A stretch of 50,438 nucleotides of DNA from a virus (IMGVR_UViG_3300011242_000001:1-50438), one strand, 5' to 3'; counted from the first letter of the stretch, positions 38,918-49,972 are shown. Notes: a model not told the origin generated them from the sequence alone. Made by a program: numbers and translations.

Positions 38918-40648
38918 ATGGCAGAATTTGCTTCTCCTGGCGTTATCTCTACTGAAAGAGATTTTAGCGCAACAGTACAAATGTTAGGTACTGCAACAGG
39001 TGGTACAGTTATTAATTCAAAATGGGGATTCGCAGATTTTGAAATGATCGTTGCGAACGAAGATGAATTAGTAAATCTTGCAGGTAAACCAACCGATGCT
39101 AACTATCGTGACTGGTTTGCTGCAGCAAACTTTTTGAAATATTCAAGCGCACTTCGTTGGATTCGTGTAATTGACGATGAAACTGCATTAAATGCAGCAA
39201 CTGGTGGTGCTAGCGGTATTTTGATTAAAAATAAAACCCATTTAGATGTAGTACGTAGTGTATCTGCACTTACTCATACATTTGCAGCTAAATGTCCAGG
39301 TAAACTAGGTGATAGTATCGGTATTTCAATTGCTGATGCAGCAACTTATAGCACTTGGGCTTATAAAGATAGCTTTGATACAGCTCCGGATTCATCTGGT
39401 GCATTATCAGCAAGTGATAAGCCTGCATTAGACGAAATCCATGTAGTTGTTATTGACGTGCTTGGTTTGTTCTCTGGTGTTGCCGGTTCGGTACTTGAAA
39501 CATATCCGTACTTATCAAAAGCACGCGATGGTAAAGGCGTAAATGGCGAATCTTCATACTATATTAACGTGCTTAACACGCGTTCAAATTATGTATGGGC
39601 ATTAAGTCCGATCCCAGGTACTGCATTAGTAGAAGCTGATCCAGATGCACCTACTTCATTAGTTGGCGCTAACTTATCTGATGGTAAACCATTTGCACCA
39701 TTTACTGCTGCAATTACTGCTCAGTTTGCTGGTGGTAATGATGGCGATATCCCTGGTAAAGACAACTACCTAAATGCATTTGATATCTTGACTTCATCTG
39801 ATGATACTGATATTGCATTGCTATTTGCTGGTGGTTGTGGTAATGATCTAAATCAGCCAGATGTATCTAATCACGTTTTAACAATTACTTCACGCCGCGG
39901 TGATATGGTTGGCTTTGTTTCACCTAAATTTAGCGATGTGGTTGGTGTTATTAAAACTATGGTTGTTAAAAATATCATTGCAACTAAGAATTCTTTAACT
40001 ACTAAAGACTCTTATGGTGTTATGACTACCGGTTATAAATTACAGTATGACCGCTATAACGATATTAACCGTTGGGTGCCTGGTAACGGTGATGACGCTG
40101 GTTTATGTGCTCGCGCAGAAAACTTGTTTGACGTTTGGGTATCTCCAGCCGGTTTTACTCGTGGTCATTATATCGACTGTCTTGATCTTGCATTTAACCC
40201 AGATAAAAATGCACGTGATGAATTGTACCGTGAAAATATCAACCCAGTTGTTACTTTCCCTAAAGATGGTACTTTGCTATACGGTGATAAAACACTACAA
40301 GCTAAGAACAGTGCATTCTCTTGGATCAACATTCGCCGTTTGTTTAACTACTTACGTAAATCAATCCAAGCATCTGCAAAATACAATCTGTTTGACTTCA
40401 ACACCTCGTTCACTCGTCAGGCGTTTAAAGATCAAATTGAACCACTTCTGCGTGAGATTAAAGGCCGTAACGGTATCTTTGACTTCTACGTTCGTTGTGA
40501 CGAAAGCAATAATACGGACGCTGTAATTCAGAAGGGTGAATTCCTTGCTGACATTATCATCAAGCCACAATACTCAATTCAAGGTATTCGTTTATCATTT
40601 ACCGCGGTACGTCGTGAAGTTAGCTTCGACGAAGTAATTGTAGCTTAA
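38918..40648 (+). CDS. 18: tail sheath protein gp18
   Basis: SPGV...E.D, W.SPAG..RG, RDELY...INPV, GDKT, INIRRLF. Confidence 0.95.
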   Translation: MAEFASPGVISTERDFSATVQMLGTATGGTVINSKWGFADFEMIVANEDELVNLAGKPTDANYRDWFAAANFLKYSSALRWIRVIDDETALNAATGGASGILIKNKTHLDVVRSVSALTHTFAAKCPGKLGDSIGISIADAATYSTWAYKDSFDTAPDSSGALSASDKPALDEIHVVVIDVLGLFSGVAGSVLETYPYLSKARDGKGVNGESSYYINVLNTRSNYVWALSPIPGTALVEADPDAPTSLVGANLSDGKPFAPFTAAITAQFAGGNDGDIPGKDNYLNAFDILTSSDDTDIALLFAGGCGNDLNQPDVSNHVLTITSRRGDMVGFVSPKFSDVVGVIKTMVVKNIIATKNSLTTKDSYGVMTTGYKLQYDRYNDINRWVPGNGDDAGLCARAENLFDVWVSPAGFTRGHYIDCLDLAFNPDKNARDELYRENINPVVTFPKDGTLLYGDKTLQAKNSAFSWINIRRLFNYLRKSIQASAKYNLFDFNTSFTRQAFKDQIEPLLREIKGRNGIFDFYVRCDESNNTDAVIQKGEFLADIIIKPQYSIQGIRLSFTAVRREVSFDEVIVA

Positions 40649-40681
40649 TAAAATAAAAATAATAAACAAGGAGAAATAAAC

Positions 40682-41248
40682 ATGGCAGCTAATGTCAATT
40701 CATTCCTGGCGAACTTCACGGGCGGTGGCGCCCGTGCTAACCGCTATGAAGTAATGATCGGTTTTCCAAACTTTTTAAACGTACGTGATACTGCTATTTT
40801 GCAAAAAATTAGCTTTACATGTAAAGCATCAAGTGTACCGGCATCAGAACTAGGCGAAGCAGTTGTACCATATAAAGGTCGTCAAATTAAAGTCCCTGGT
40901 GACCGTACTTTTGGTGACTGGACTGTAACCATTATCGTAGACAATGACTTTAAAGGTCGTGACGTATTCGAAACATGGTCTGCTGGTATGCTGGGTAACT
41001 CAAGCAACGTAACTAAATCTGCAAATGAATTAAACCCATTACAGATTTATGGTCAAGCTCAAGTAAACTTACTTGATCGTTATGATCAAGTTATCAAGCG
41101 TTACCAAATTACTGGTATGTTCCCTAAATCAGTTGGTGAAATCACTATTGGTTACGACCAAAATGACCAAGTAATGGAACAACAAGTAACATTTGCAATC
41201 AACGAATGGTCTGCGTATAGCAAAGACGGCGCGTTAATTACAAACTAA
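40682..41248 (+). CDS. 19: tail tube protein gp19
   Basis: GGGARANRYEV, GR.IK..GDRTF.DWT.T. Confidence 0.93.
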   Translation: MAANVNSFLANFTGGGARANRYEVMIGFPNFLNVRDTAILQKISFTCKASSVPASELGEAVVPYKGRQIKVPGDRTFGDWTVTIIVDNDFKGRDVFETWSAGMLGNSSNVTKSANELNPLQIYGQAQVNLLDRYDQVIKRYQITGMFPKSVGEITIGYDQNDQVMEQQVTFAINEWSAYSKDGALITN

Positions 41249-41340
41249 TTTTTTTAAAGTAAAAAGAGGATCTTCTGGTCCTCTTTTTTTATTCTTTATT
41301 TTTTACATAAATATATAGTATATAAAAAGGTGAAGTATAA

Positions 41341-42960
41341 ATGGGCATATTTGACGGCTTTCTAACCGAAAAAAGACAAAAAAAAGAGAATCTTGAAGTT
41401 CTCGATACAAAAAATTTAGATATAAATGATGGCGACTCAATTGTTGTAAATGGGTATGGCCATGTTAATAACACTCAATTTTATCAATACGAGCGGGGGC
41501 AGAATGAAACTACCCGTATTGAAACCTATCGTCAAATTGCTAAGACTGCCGAAATTGATGAAGTAATTACTGATATTGTAAATGAGTCATTTATTTTTCA
41601 GCGCGACAAAAAAGCTTTTGAATTAGATTGGCATGCTAATGTAAGTATTTCTGATCAGCTTAAAGAAAAAATATATGAAGAATTCTGTAATATCTATGCT
41701 ATATCAAATTTTGATGACTATGGATCTGAACTATTACAAAGCTTCTATATTGACGGGCGTATTGTATTTGATAAAGTAGTTGATAAAAATGCACCTAAAA
41801 AAGGTATTCGTCAAATTATTAAACTTGACCCGCTGAATATTGTTAAAGTAAAAGTATTACCACCACGTGATAGAAATACACAAATGGTAAATGCATCCGA
41901 TATTAAAGAATTCTATGTTTACTCAAACAAAAAAATTAAAAATCAGAATAACTATTTGAATAATGTGTATTCAAATTATGACGATGTAGTTGAAGGAAAA
42001 CAGCTAGATACCAATCGAATTACATATGTAACATCCGGTCTTACTGACGCTATGTATGATATGACAATTGGACACCTGGATAAAGCGATTGTTCCATATA
42101 ACAACTTGAAAATGATGGAACAATCCATGGTTATTTTCCGTGTTGTTCGTGCACCAATGCGCCGTGCGTTTTATGTAGATGTATCATCTTTGCCAAAAAG
42201 TAAAGCTGAAGAATACATGAAAAATATGTCAACCCGTTTTAAATCTAAGCTTGTTTATAACTCAGACACCGGTTCATGGGTAGATCAAAAATCTGTTATC
42301 TCAATGGCAGAAGATTATTTTATTCCACGTTTTAATGAATCGAAAACAACAGAAATCCAAAATATTGAAGGTCAATCGTCTCAAGAAATTCTTGAAGAAG
42401 TATCTTATATGAAGGATAAATTATATCAAGCATTGAACGCACCAAAATCACGTTATACAGAAGAAGGGCATATTTTTGTTTATGGAAAATCTGATCAAAT
42501 CTCGCAAGATGACTACCGTTATAAAAAGTTTATTGATCGCTTGCGTAACCGCTTTATGCTTGCATTTGATGACTTATTAAAAACTCAATTAATTTTAAAG
42601 TCAATTATTTCAGAGTCTGATTGGCCTGAAATTAAACGGTCATTCTTTTGGAATTTTACTGAAGATAATGCATTCATTGAATATAAAGATGCAGAAATTT
42701 TTAATAATCGTATAGATACTATATTAAAAATGAATGACTTAATTGAAGCCGGTATCTATTCAAAATTATGGGTTCGTAAAGTTATTCTTAAACAAACTGA
42801 CGATGAAATTAGAGAAATTGACGAGCAAGTTTATAAAGAAAAAAATCAGGACCCATCTCAAATGCCTGATAATGTTCCGGCACCAGAACCATCACCGGAA
42901 ACTGACGACACCGATGGCACTGATGGAGAACCTGTTTCTACTGATGATGAGCAAGCATAA
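41341..42960 (+). CDS. 20: portal protein gp20
   Basis: I..IVNE, FYIDGR, L.KA....N.L.M.E...VI.R..RAP.RR.FY.DV, EDYF.PR. Confidence 0.95.
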   Translation: MGIFDGFLTEKRQKKENLEVLDTKNLDINDGDSIVVNGYGHVNNTQFYQYERGQNETTRIETYRQIAKTAEIDEVITDIVNESFIFQRDKKAFELDWHANVSISDQLKEKIYEEFCNIYAISNFDDYGSELLQSFYIDGRIVFDKVVDKNAPKKGIRQIIKLDPLNIVKVKVLPPRDRNTQMVNASDIKEFYVYSNKKIKNQNNYLNNVYSNYDDVVEGKQLDTNRITYVTSGLTDAMYDMTIGHLDKAIVPYNNLKMMEQSMVIFRVVRAPMRRAFYVDVSSLPKSKAEEYMKNMSTRFKSKLVYNSDTGSWVDQKSVISMAEDYFIPRFNESKTTEIQNIEGQSSQEILEEVSYMKDKLYQALNAPKSRYTEEGHIFVYGKSDQISQDDYRYKKFIDRLRNRFMLAFDDLLKTQLILKSIISESDWPEIKRSFFWNFTEDNAFIEYKDAEIFNNRIDTILKMNDLIEAGIYSKLWVRKVILKQTDDEIREIDEQVYKEKNQDPSQMPDNVPAPEPSPETDDTDGTDGEPVSTDDEQA

Positions 42961-43009
42961 ATATAATTATAAATATTCTATATAAATATAAAATAAAAGG
43001 ATAATTATA

Positions 43010-44200
43010 ATGACAGATTTTAATAAAAAATTGTCAAAATTATTAAATGAAAATGTTACGCACATGATTTTCATGGATGAGCCATTAACGGCTGAAATTG
43101 ATGAATCTGTAATTGTAGGTGAAATTTCTGCGGCAGGTCCATTATATGGATTAAAGTATCTTGGTTATGAAGAGGGTGTATTATCATTCTCTACATATCA
43201 AAAGACGTCTATTGAAAAGTTCGCGATGTTTTTAGATGATAATGACTTTGTTGAAAATTATGCAATTTCAGTTATTGAATCTAATCCAATGACAAAAGTT
43301 GCTAATGTTGTAGATGAAATTGATTTTGATTCTACACGCGAATCTGAATTTGTGGAATTCTTTATCGATGTTGTTATTAGTTGGAATTATGTCAACTTTA
43401 ACAGCGTTTATGTAGACCCACAAAATCCATTCGCCGCAAATCAATCCACATCTTTTCAAATTCCGATGGATACAAGCGATCCATATGCAGCTCATGTCCC
43501 ATTAGATAAAGAACCAGCAGAATTTTATGATAATAATGATTTTGAATATCCAGATGCGGATGCAAAAATTGCTATTGTCCCTGGATTCGATACACTTCAA
43601 GCGGATGAAACTCCATTACTTGTAAAATTATCTGCTATTAAATCAAATTCATTAGTTGGATCCGTATTAGTTACAGTACATCCAAAAAATGATGATGAGA
43701 TTTTAGTTCAAGCTACTTATAAAGAAGAACCGGTTACGGACGATGTTTTAAACGACTTATCAGTCATTAATACATTAGATCAGCTTTATCCGACTAAGCT
43801 TGAGCTAGTTAAAGAAGCATTTTATCAATTAGGTGACTTATTTACTAGTTCGGCTGTATATAAATCAATAAATGGTAAGAATGTTTTAAATATAGTAGAA
43901 GTATTTGCAAATAGTGCAGATGAAGTTATATGTGATACCAATTTATTGAACGAGTTACGTCGTGAAATTAAAGTAAATTTCCGCGGCAAGAAACGTATAA
44001 AAATGCAATGCCAACCTGGATTCAAATATGACCCAGAACGTATGGCATGTGTAAAAATTTCTGGTGCAGAATTGGCCGTATCACGAATCGCTCATCGTCA
44101 AATGGCACGTACTAAGAGAGCGCTAGGCGGAAGCTATAGAACAAGAATTTTAAGAAAAGTTCGCCGCGCTAAACATTTTAGAAAAATCATGGGGCTATAA
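43010..44200 (+). CDS. prohead core protein, gp68-like C-terminus with long acidic N-terminal region
   Basis: basic C-terminus R.AHRQMARTKRA...RK.RRA...RK.MGL; between portal and protease. Confidence 0.7.
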   Translation: MTDFNKKLSKLLNENVTHMIFMDEPLTAEIDESVIVGEISAAGPLYGLKYLGYEEGVLSFSTYQKTSIEKFAMFLDDNDFVENYAISVIESNPMTKVANVVDEIDFDSTRESEFVEFFIDVVISWNYVNFNSVYVDPQNPFAANQSTSFQIPMDTSDPYAAHVPLDKEPAEFYDNNDFEYPDADAKIAIVPGFDTLQADETPLLVKLSAIKSNSLVGSVLVTVHPKNDDEILVQATYKEEPVTDDVLNDLSVINTLDQLYPTKLELVKEAFYQLGDLFTSSAVYKSINGKNVLNIVEVFANSADEVICDTNLLNELRREIKVNFRGKKRIKMQCQPGFKYDPERMACVKISGAELAVSRIAHRQMARTKRALGGSYRTRILRKVRRAKHFRKIMGL

Positions 44201-44202
44201 AA

Positions 44203-44904
44203 GTGATTAAAGACGGAACCGCACTCTTAATTGAGCGTAACTTAGAATTGACTGAAAGCAATATTATCACCGGCGATAATGCTACTAATGATAAGAAATA
44301 TATTATCAAAGGTATTTTCATGCAGTCAGATTTAAAAAATCGTAATGGTCGTATCTATCCAGAAAAATATATGGATCGCGAAGCGACTCGATATATACAA
44401 GAAAAAGTTTTAACACATCAAGCTACTGGTGAATTAAATCATCCAACTGGTGATGGCAGTTTATCAGTGAATTATGAACGCGTATCTCATAAAATTACCA
44501 GTCTAACTAAATGCGGTAAAAACTGGATGGGTGAAGCATTGATTACACATAAAACTCCAATGGGCTCTGTAATTGCAGGCCTTATGGAAGCTGGCGTTGT
44601 AATGGGCGTATCTTCACGCGCAACAGGTTCATTGAAATTAGATGGACATGGCGTAAAGATTGTTCAAGAAGATTTTAGATTAATTACTCCTGCTGATATT
44701 GTATCTGATCCATCTGCACCTGACGCATTTATGACTTCTATTATGGAAGGTCATGAGTGGTTATATGTGAATGGCGCATTAACAGAACAAGCAATTAGTG
44801 AAGTAAAAACCGTGCTAAATAAAGAAGCAAAGACGATTGTAAAAAATGAAGAACAATTAATCAATGTTTTTAGCTGGATTTTAACTCATAAAGTGGGTAA
44901 ATAA
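44203..44904 (+). CDS. 21: prohead protease gp21
   Basis: I.GIFMQ....NRNGRIYP, GELNHP, GVSSR..GS, D.V.DPSAPDA. Confidence 0.95.
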   Translation: MIKDGTALLIERNLELTESNIITGDNATNDKKYIIKGIFMQSDLKNRNGRIYPEKYMDREATRYIQEKVLTHQATGELNHPTGDGSLSVNYERVSHKITSLTKCGKNWMGEALITHKTPMGSVIAGLMEAGVVMGVSSRATGSLKLDGHGVKIVQEDFRLITPADIVSDPSAPDAFMTSIMEGHEWLYVNGALTEQAISEVKTVLNKEAKTIVKNEEQLINVFSWILTHKVGK

Positions 44905-44956
44905 TTTTTTTTTATAAATCGCTTAAATAAATAAAAAATATTGGAGAAATATTTAA

Positions 44957-46240
44957 ATGAACGAATTTAAGAAATTAATGGGCGATGCTATTTCAGACGA
45001 AACAGCTACAGCTCTTCAGACAATCTTAGATACACACCTTAATGAATCTGAAGCAAAAGCAAAGCAAGAAGCTGAAAAAATTCAATCTGAATTAAATGCT
45101 CTTACTGAACAACATGCTGATCTACAAGAATCAGTAACTAATTTGACTAAAGACAAAGCAGACTTAGAAGCTGACAAAGCCGATCTTGCTGAATCTGTTA
45201 AATTAGCTGAAGAAAAAGTTGCTGAACTTACTTCTAATATTGATACGCTTAAAGAAAAAGCAGAAGAATATGCTGAGCAAGTTAAACAAGAAGCTCTTGA
45301 AGAAGCTGTTGCAGAACACCAACAAGAAATCGCTACTCTTAAAGAACATGCTGAAGCTTATGCTGAAAAAGTTAAAGAAGAAGCTGTTGCCGAATTAACT
45401 GAAGCACAAGAAACCGAAATTTCATTCCTTAAAGAACAAGCTGATTTATTTGCTGAAAAAGTTAAAGCTGAAACTACTGCTGAACTTACTGAAAAGGCAG
45501 ATGCTTATGGTGTTTATCTTCAAGAAAAAGCTGAAGAGTATGCTGAAAAAGTACGTCAAGAAACTATCGTTGAAATGACTGAAAAAGCAGACGCTTATGG
45601 CGATTATCTTCAAGAAAAAGCTGAACAGTATGGTGTTTATCTTCAAGAAAAAGCTGAAGAATATGGCGAATTCTTAATTGCCGAAGCAGAAAAGTATACA
45701 GCTGAACAAGTAGCTCTTACTGAAGCAAAATGTTTAGCTGAAGCTGAAAAGCAAATTAATGAATTCAAAGACGAACACAAAGATCAATTTGAGCGTTTAG
45801 ATGAACATAACCGTATGGCTATGGTATTTAAAAATCTTAAATCGTTAATCGAATCTTCTGGCTTCTCTATCGAAGAGTCTGAAACTCTTGATACTTTAGA
45901 AGAAGAACTGCGCCAAGCTCGTGCTGCAAATCGCCGCCTTGAACGTACTTTACGTGAAAGCTCGCAAGAACTTAAACAGCTTAAAGTAAAAGAACTAGTT
46001 GAATCAATGGCTGAAGATTTAACCTTCACTGATAAAGAACGTATTGTGAAAGCCGCTTTACGCACTCGCAGTGAAACCAATGAAGATCTTTCAGAAGTTG
46101 TTAAAACTTTAGTTGAAAATACTACGCTAAATAATAATAGCAATAAAGCAAATACAACAACTGTTAGTACATTGACCGAAGAAACTGCAAATACTGCATC
46201 CACTAAAGTTAAGTCTGGCTGGGCTGAATTCTTGAAATAA
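44957..46240 (+). CDS. 22: prohead scaffold/core protein gp22-like
   Basis: long E/A/K coiled coil with many L-x-E sites; between genes 21 and 23. Confidence 0.85.
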   Translation: MNEFKKLMGDAISDETATALQTILDTHLNESEAKAKQEAEKIQSELNALTEQHADLQESVTNLTKDKADLEADKADLAESVKLAEEKVAELTSNIDTLKEKAEEYAEQVKQEALEEAVAEHQQEIATLKEHAEAYAEKVKEEAVAELTEAQETEISFLKEQADLFAEKVKAETTAELTEKADAYGVYLQEKAEEYAEKVRQETIVEMTEKADAYGDYLQEKAEQYGVYLQEKAEEYGEFLIAEAEKYTAEQVALTEAKCLAEAEKQINEFKDEHKDQFERLDEHNRMAMVFKNLKSLIESSGFSIEESETLDTLEEELRQARAANRRLERTLRESSQELKQLKVKELVESMAEDLTFTDKERIVKAALRTRSETNEDLSEVVKTLVENTTLNNNSNKANTTTVSTLTEETANTASTKVKSGWAEFLK

Positions 46241-46311
46241 GAATTCAATCTAAAATAACAATTTTTTAAACGTTTTTATTAAATAAGAATAAACAATAAG
46301 GAAACAAGAAA

Positions 46312-47544
46312 ATGAGTCAACAACTTCTTACAGAAAAATGGGATGACGTTTTAACTGACAACCGCTTTGCCCCAGTTCAAGACGACACTCGCGCTAAGAT
46401 CACTGCACAACTTTTGGAAAACCAAGAGCAGAATCTTTCAGAATCTACTAACGAAACTGGTAATGCTGCGCAGTGGAATCCAATTTTGATTAGCATGGTA
46501 CGTCGTATCGCTCCACGTCTAATCGCTTATGATTTAGTTGGTGTTCAACCGTTAACTCTTCCTACAGGCCTAATCTTCTGTATGAAAGCACGTTATGCTG
46601 CTGATACTGCAAAAGCTCAAAACGATCTTACTAACAAAGAAGCAATGGGTTGGGACGAAGTTGATGCTGGTTACTCTGGTGACAAAACTCCAAATGCTGT
46701 AGTTGCTAATAGCTTTGCTGGTGGTGTTGCGTATGCTCGCGGTAAAGGTATGACTACTCAAGCTGGTGAACAATCTAACGCTTGGAACGCTATGGGCGTA
46801 ACAATCGAAAAAACCAACGTTAATACTGAAACTCGTCAATTACGTGCTGACTACTCGCAAGAGATCGCAGAAGATATGAAACGTGTTCACGGTATGAATG
46901 CAGATTCAGAACTAGTGAATATCATCTCGAATGAAATCACTGCTGAAATTAACCGTGAAATGCTTGACAAATTGTATGTATCAGCTAAAACTGGTGCTCA
47001 ATGGACAGCTACTCCAGGTACTATCGATCTAACTGCTGATGTTGGTGGTCGTTGGTCTGCAGAACGTTTCCGTGGTCTTCAGTTCGCTATCGAACGTGAT
47101 GCTAACCGTATTGCAATCGAATCTCGTCGTGGTAAAGGTAACAAACTTATCGTTTCTGCTGATGTAGCTTCTGCTCTTGCATTTGCTGGTATCATGTCAT
47201 TCGCTCCTGCGATTGCTGCTCAAACTAACTTGAATGTAGATCCATCTGGTGCTACTTTCGTTGGTACACTTGGTACCTATAGCGTTTATGTTGACCCATA
47301 CGCTCAAGGTGATGGTTACTTAGTTGGTTATAAAGGTCAAGACGTTACTGACTCTGGTATCTTCTACTGCCCGTACTTACCGCTTGCTCTTAGCCGTGCA
47401 ATCAACCCAGTTAACTTCCAAATGGCTCTTGGCTTCAAGACTCGTTATGGTTGGGCTGTTAACCCGTTCGTTAGTGCTACAAATACTTTCGTTCCTGGTG
47501 CGAACCCTTACTACCGCGCTGCTCAAATCAGCGAATTGTTCTAA
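46312..47544 (+). CDS. 23: major capsid protein gp23
   Basis: L.EKW..VL, LLENQE, GVQP...PTGLIF, EI.AEINRE, YCPY.PL, GFKTRYG. Confidence 0.97.
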   Translation: MSQQLLTEKWDDVLTDNRFAPVQDDTRAKITAQLLENQEQNLSESTNETGNAAQWNPILISMVRRIAPRLIAYDLVGVQPLTLPTGLIFCMKARYAADTAKAQNDLTNKEAMGWDEVDAGYSGDKTPNAVVANSFAGGVAYARGKGMTTQAGEQSNAWNAMGVTIEKTNVNTETRQLRADYSQEIAEDMKRVHGMNADSELVNIISNEITAEINREMLDKLYVSAKTGAQWTATPGTIDLTADVGGRWSAERFRGLQFAIERDANRIAIESRRGKGNKLIVSADVASALAFAGIMSFAPAIAAQTNLNVDPSGATFVGTLGTYSVYVDPYAQGDGYLVGYKGQDVTDSGIFYCPYLPLALSRAINPVNFQMALGFKTRYGWAVNPFVSATNTFVPGANPYYRAAQISELF

Positions 47545-47565
47545 GCTTAGGTTTAGATACAAAAC

Positions 47566-47592
47566 AAAAGAAGACTTCGGTCTTCTTTTTTT
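47566..47592. terminator. terminator with UUCG tetraloop after gene 23
   Basis: AAAAGAAGAC-TTCG-GTCTTCTTTT. Confidence 0.88.
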
Positions 47593-47597
47593 ATTCA

Positions 47598-48068
47598 CTA
47601 AATTTGATATAATTCATTAATAACAATTTTATAATAATTTATCTTAGCATATATATTATCAAGCATATCAATTTTTTCTTGCGTAAGAAATTTAATAGAT
47701 CGCTGAAATTTTAATAGCTCTACTGAATTAAAAAATATATAAGATCGTGGTGTAATATAATCATCAATATATTCTTTAGTAACCATGCCCGTTTCAATAT
47801 TAATATACAATATGGTTTTAGATTTTAAATTTGACCCTAATAATTCAATTGTAATATATGTATCAGTAGATAAATTATCTAATATTGTATTTGTTTTAAC
47901 ACAATATTCAATTTGTGGTAATGGTTTACCGTCATTAATAATATCAATAATACGATCAATATTACTATCATATAAAGTCCATTTAGCGGGATCATAGCGA
48001 GGCAATAATTGTTTAAAATATTGTCGGGCTTGAGGTATCGTTTTAATAATAGGATCAAACTTAAACAT
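47598..48068 (-). CDS. hypothetical protein
   Basis: 156-aa ORF. Confidence 0.6.
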   Translation of the reverse strand: MFKFDPIIKTIPQARQYFKQLLPRYDPAKWTLYDSNIDRIIDIINDGKPLPQIEYCVKTNTILDNLSTDTYITIELLGSNLKSKTILYINIETGMVTKEYIDDYITPRSYIFFNSVELLKFQRSIKFLTQEKIDMLDNIYAKINYYKIVINELYQI

Positions 48069-48169
48069 ATGGTATATCTGTGCAGTATAAAAAAATATTT
48101 TACTGCATATACAGATATAAAGAAATACATTTTTATGATAAAATATAAAAATTATTTGGAGTATATTTT

Positions 48170-48634
48170 ATGAAAGAAATTAATATCTATTGCGATGGTG
48201 CATGTAAAGGTAATGGCAAAGTAGATGCCATTGGTGGTTGGGGATCACATTCATTTGATATTGATATGTCAATTTATGGCGGTGAAATAGGTACTACTAA
48301 TAATAGAATGGAATTACTTGCAGCCATTCGTACATTACAATGGATTTTAAAGAATCGATCTATTGATAAAAAAAATCCTAGCGCTAATAATGAATTATAT
48401 AAAATCCATACAGATTCTAATTATGTAAAAGAAGGCATTACTAAGTGGATTATCAAATGGAAAATGAAAAATTATATGGGTGTAAAAAACCCCGATTTAT
48501 GGCAACTTTTAGATAAGTTAAATACTCATATGTCTAAATCAGTCCAATGGCATTGGGTACGTGGGCATGATGTATCAGAGGGTAATATTGAAGCGGATAG
48601 ATTAGCTAATTTAGGTTGTGAAAGTATTAAATAA
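48170..48634 (+). CDS. rnhA: ribonuclease HI (bacterial RnhA type)
   Basis: IYCDGAC.GN, GGWG, TTNNRMEL.A, TDS.YV, KN.DLW, WVRGH, GN..AD.LA. Confidence 0.95.
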   Translation: MKEINIYCDGACKGNGKVDAIGGWGSHSFDIDMSIYGGEIGTTNNRMELLAAIRTLQWILKNRSIDKKNPSANNELYKIHTDSNYVKEGITKWIIKWKMKNYMGVKNPDLWQLLDKLNTHMSKSVQWHWVRGHDVSEGNIEADRLANLGCESIK

Positions 48635-48673
48635 TATATAAATACAAATATACTTTTTATAAGGAAAAATAAA

Positions 48674-49141
48674 ATGAGCTTTAATACTTTTATTGAAACT
48701 GCAAAACCAGTTGTTGAAGAAACCCCTTTAGTAGAATCGGTTGGTGAAATTGTTGGTAAAGAATATAAATTTGCTAAAAAAGATGCAACTCTTAAATTCT
48801 TCAACAAATTCGTATTTTTATTTCATGACATTAATGATGATATTCAATATAAATTAAAAAATGCCACTGAAGTTAATACACCTAAATTTAAGGCTCAACA
48901 TATTTTGTATACAACTTATGGTATTACAGAAGATGGTAATGTAATTATTAAAGGTCGCGCTGTATTACCAGTTGGTGAAATTTTTAAAACAGCTGATTTT
49001 GAATATATTACTTCACCTCGTGACTTTCATAAAATTGAAACCGTTTATACTGCCGAAAAAGAATTTGACACTGCCGAAGCCGCATTTAAATCAATTTCAA
49101 AGGGCGCTGTTGCTTATTTTGACTGGGCAAAATTTGTTTAA
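48674..49141 (+). CDS. putative internal head protein (leader MSFNTFIE...LVE)
   Basis: leader variant; TATAAATA at 48637-48644. Confidence 0.7.
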   Translation: MSFNTFIETAKPVVEETPLVESVGEIVGKEYKFAKKDATLKFFNKFVFLFHDINDDIQYKLKNATEVNTPKFKAQHILYTTYGITEDGNVIIKGRAVLPVGEIFKTADFEYITSPRDFHKIETVYTAEKEFDTAEAAFKSISKGAVAYFDWAKFV

Positions 49142-49156
49142 TTAGGAAAAACAAAA

Positions 49157-49648
49157 ATGAAGTTTGAAGAATTTTTAATCGAAGCTAAAAAAGGCAAAAA
49201 GATTAAACCTAAGCATAAAGATGGTAAAGGTTTAGATCGCGTAATTACACAAATTCAAGCCCGTATCGATGCATTACATGATAATTGGGAGCAAGAAGAA
49301 TTTGATAAAGAAATTCAACCTAAGTTGGATAAATTTGGCGACCTTAATAAACTTGATCCGCGCGATGCTGTAAAACTGTTCTTTGCTATTACACGTTGTT
49401 ATTTTATTGCCAAATATCCAACATCTACAGATGCGCTTGTTGGCACTGTTAAAGTAATTAAAGATAGTAATGTTGATAAAATGCTTCGTCAATTGGCGAA
49501 AGACGTTGCTGAATATGCTCAAAAGAAATTTCCTGGCAATAAAGACCTTGACGAACTATTAACTGATTTTGAATATGGTTATATCGATGATATTAATACA
49601 GAAGCATTAATTGAATTGATTGAACAAATTATTGGCTTTATTGGATAA
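49157..49648 (+). CDS. putative internal head protein (leader MKFEEFLIE)
   Basis: leader motif; AGGA RBS. Confidence 0.7.
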   Translation: MKFEEFLIEAKKGKKIKPKHKDGKGLDRVITQIQARIDALHDNWEQEEFDKEIQPKLDKFGDLNKLDPRDAVKLFFAITRCYFIAKYPTSTDALVGTVKVIKDSNVDKMLRQLAKDVAEYAQKKFPGNKDLDELLTDFEYGYIDDINTEALIELIEQIIGFIG

Positions 49649-49658
49649 GGACGATAAA

Positions 49659-49967
49659 ATGAACTTTAATCAATTTTTAGAAGAAGGTTTAGCAACCGCC
49701 CACGGTAAAGTGGAAATGGCCATTCGTGAGCTTAATTTAAAATATACAATTGAAAATACGGATAAAGCTAAAATTTTTCATATTGAAGATTTTATATTAA
49801 CATCAAGCAATAGTGGTGAAGTTACACTGAATAAAAAAGGTGTACGTGGAACAATCGCGACTTTTAAAGAATTTAACTTTAATAAAATTCGTGAACGTGT
49901 TGTTGAACTTTTGAAAAAACATGTTGTTGAAGCAAAAGAAGATAAGAAAGAAGCGGATGCAGCGTAA
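49659..49967 (+). CDS. putative internal head protein (leader MNFNQFLEE)
   Basis: ATG 49659 after AAGGA gives the shared leader. Confidence 0.7.
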   Translation: MNFNQFLEEGLATAHGKVEMAIRELNLKYTIENTDKAKIFHIEDFILTSSNSGEVTLNKKGVRGTIATFKEFNFNKIRERVVELLKKHVVEAKEDKKEADAA

Positions 49968-49972
49968 TTGCG

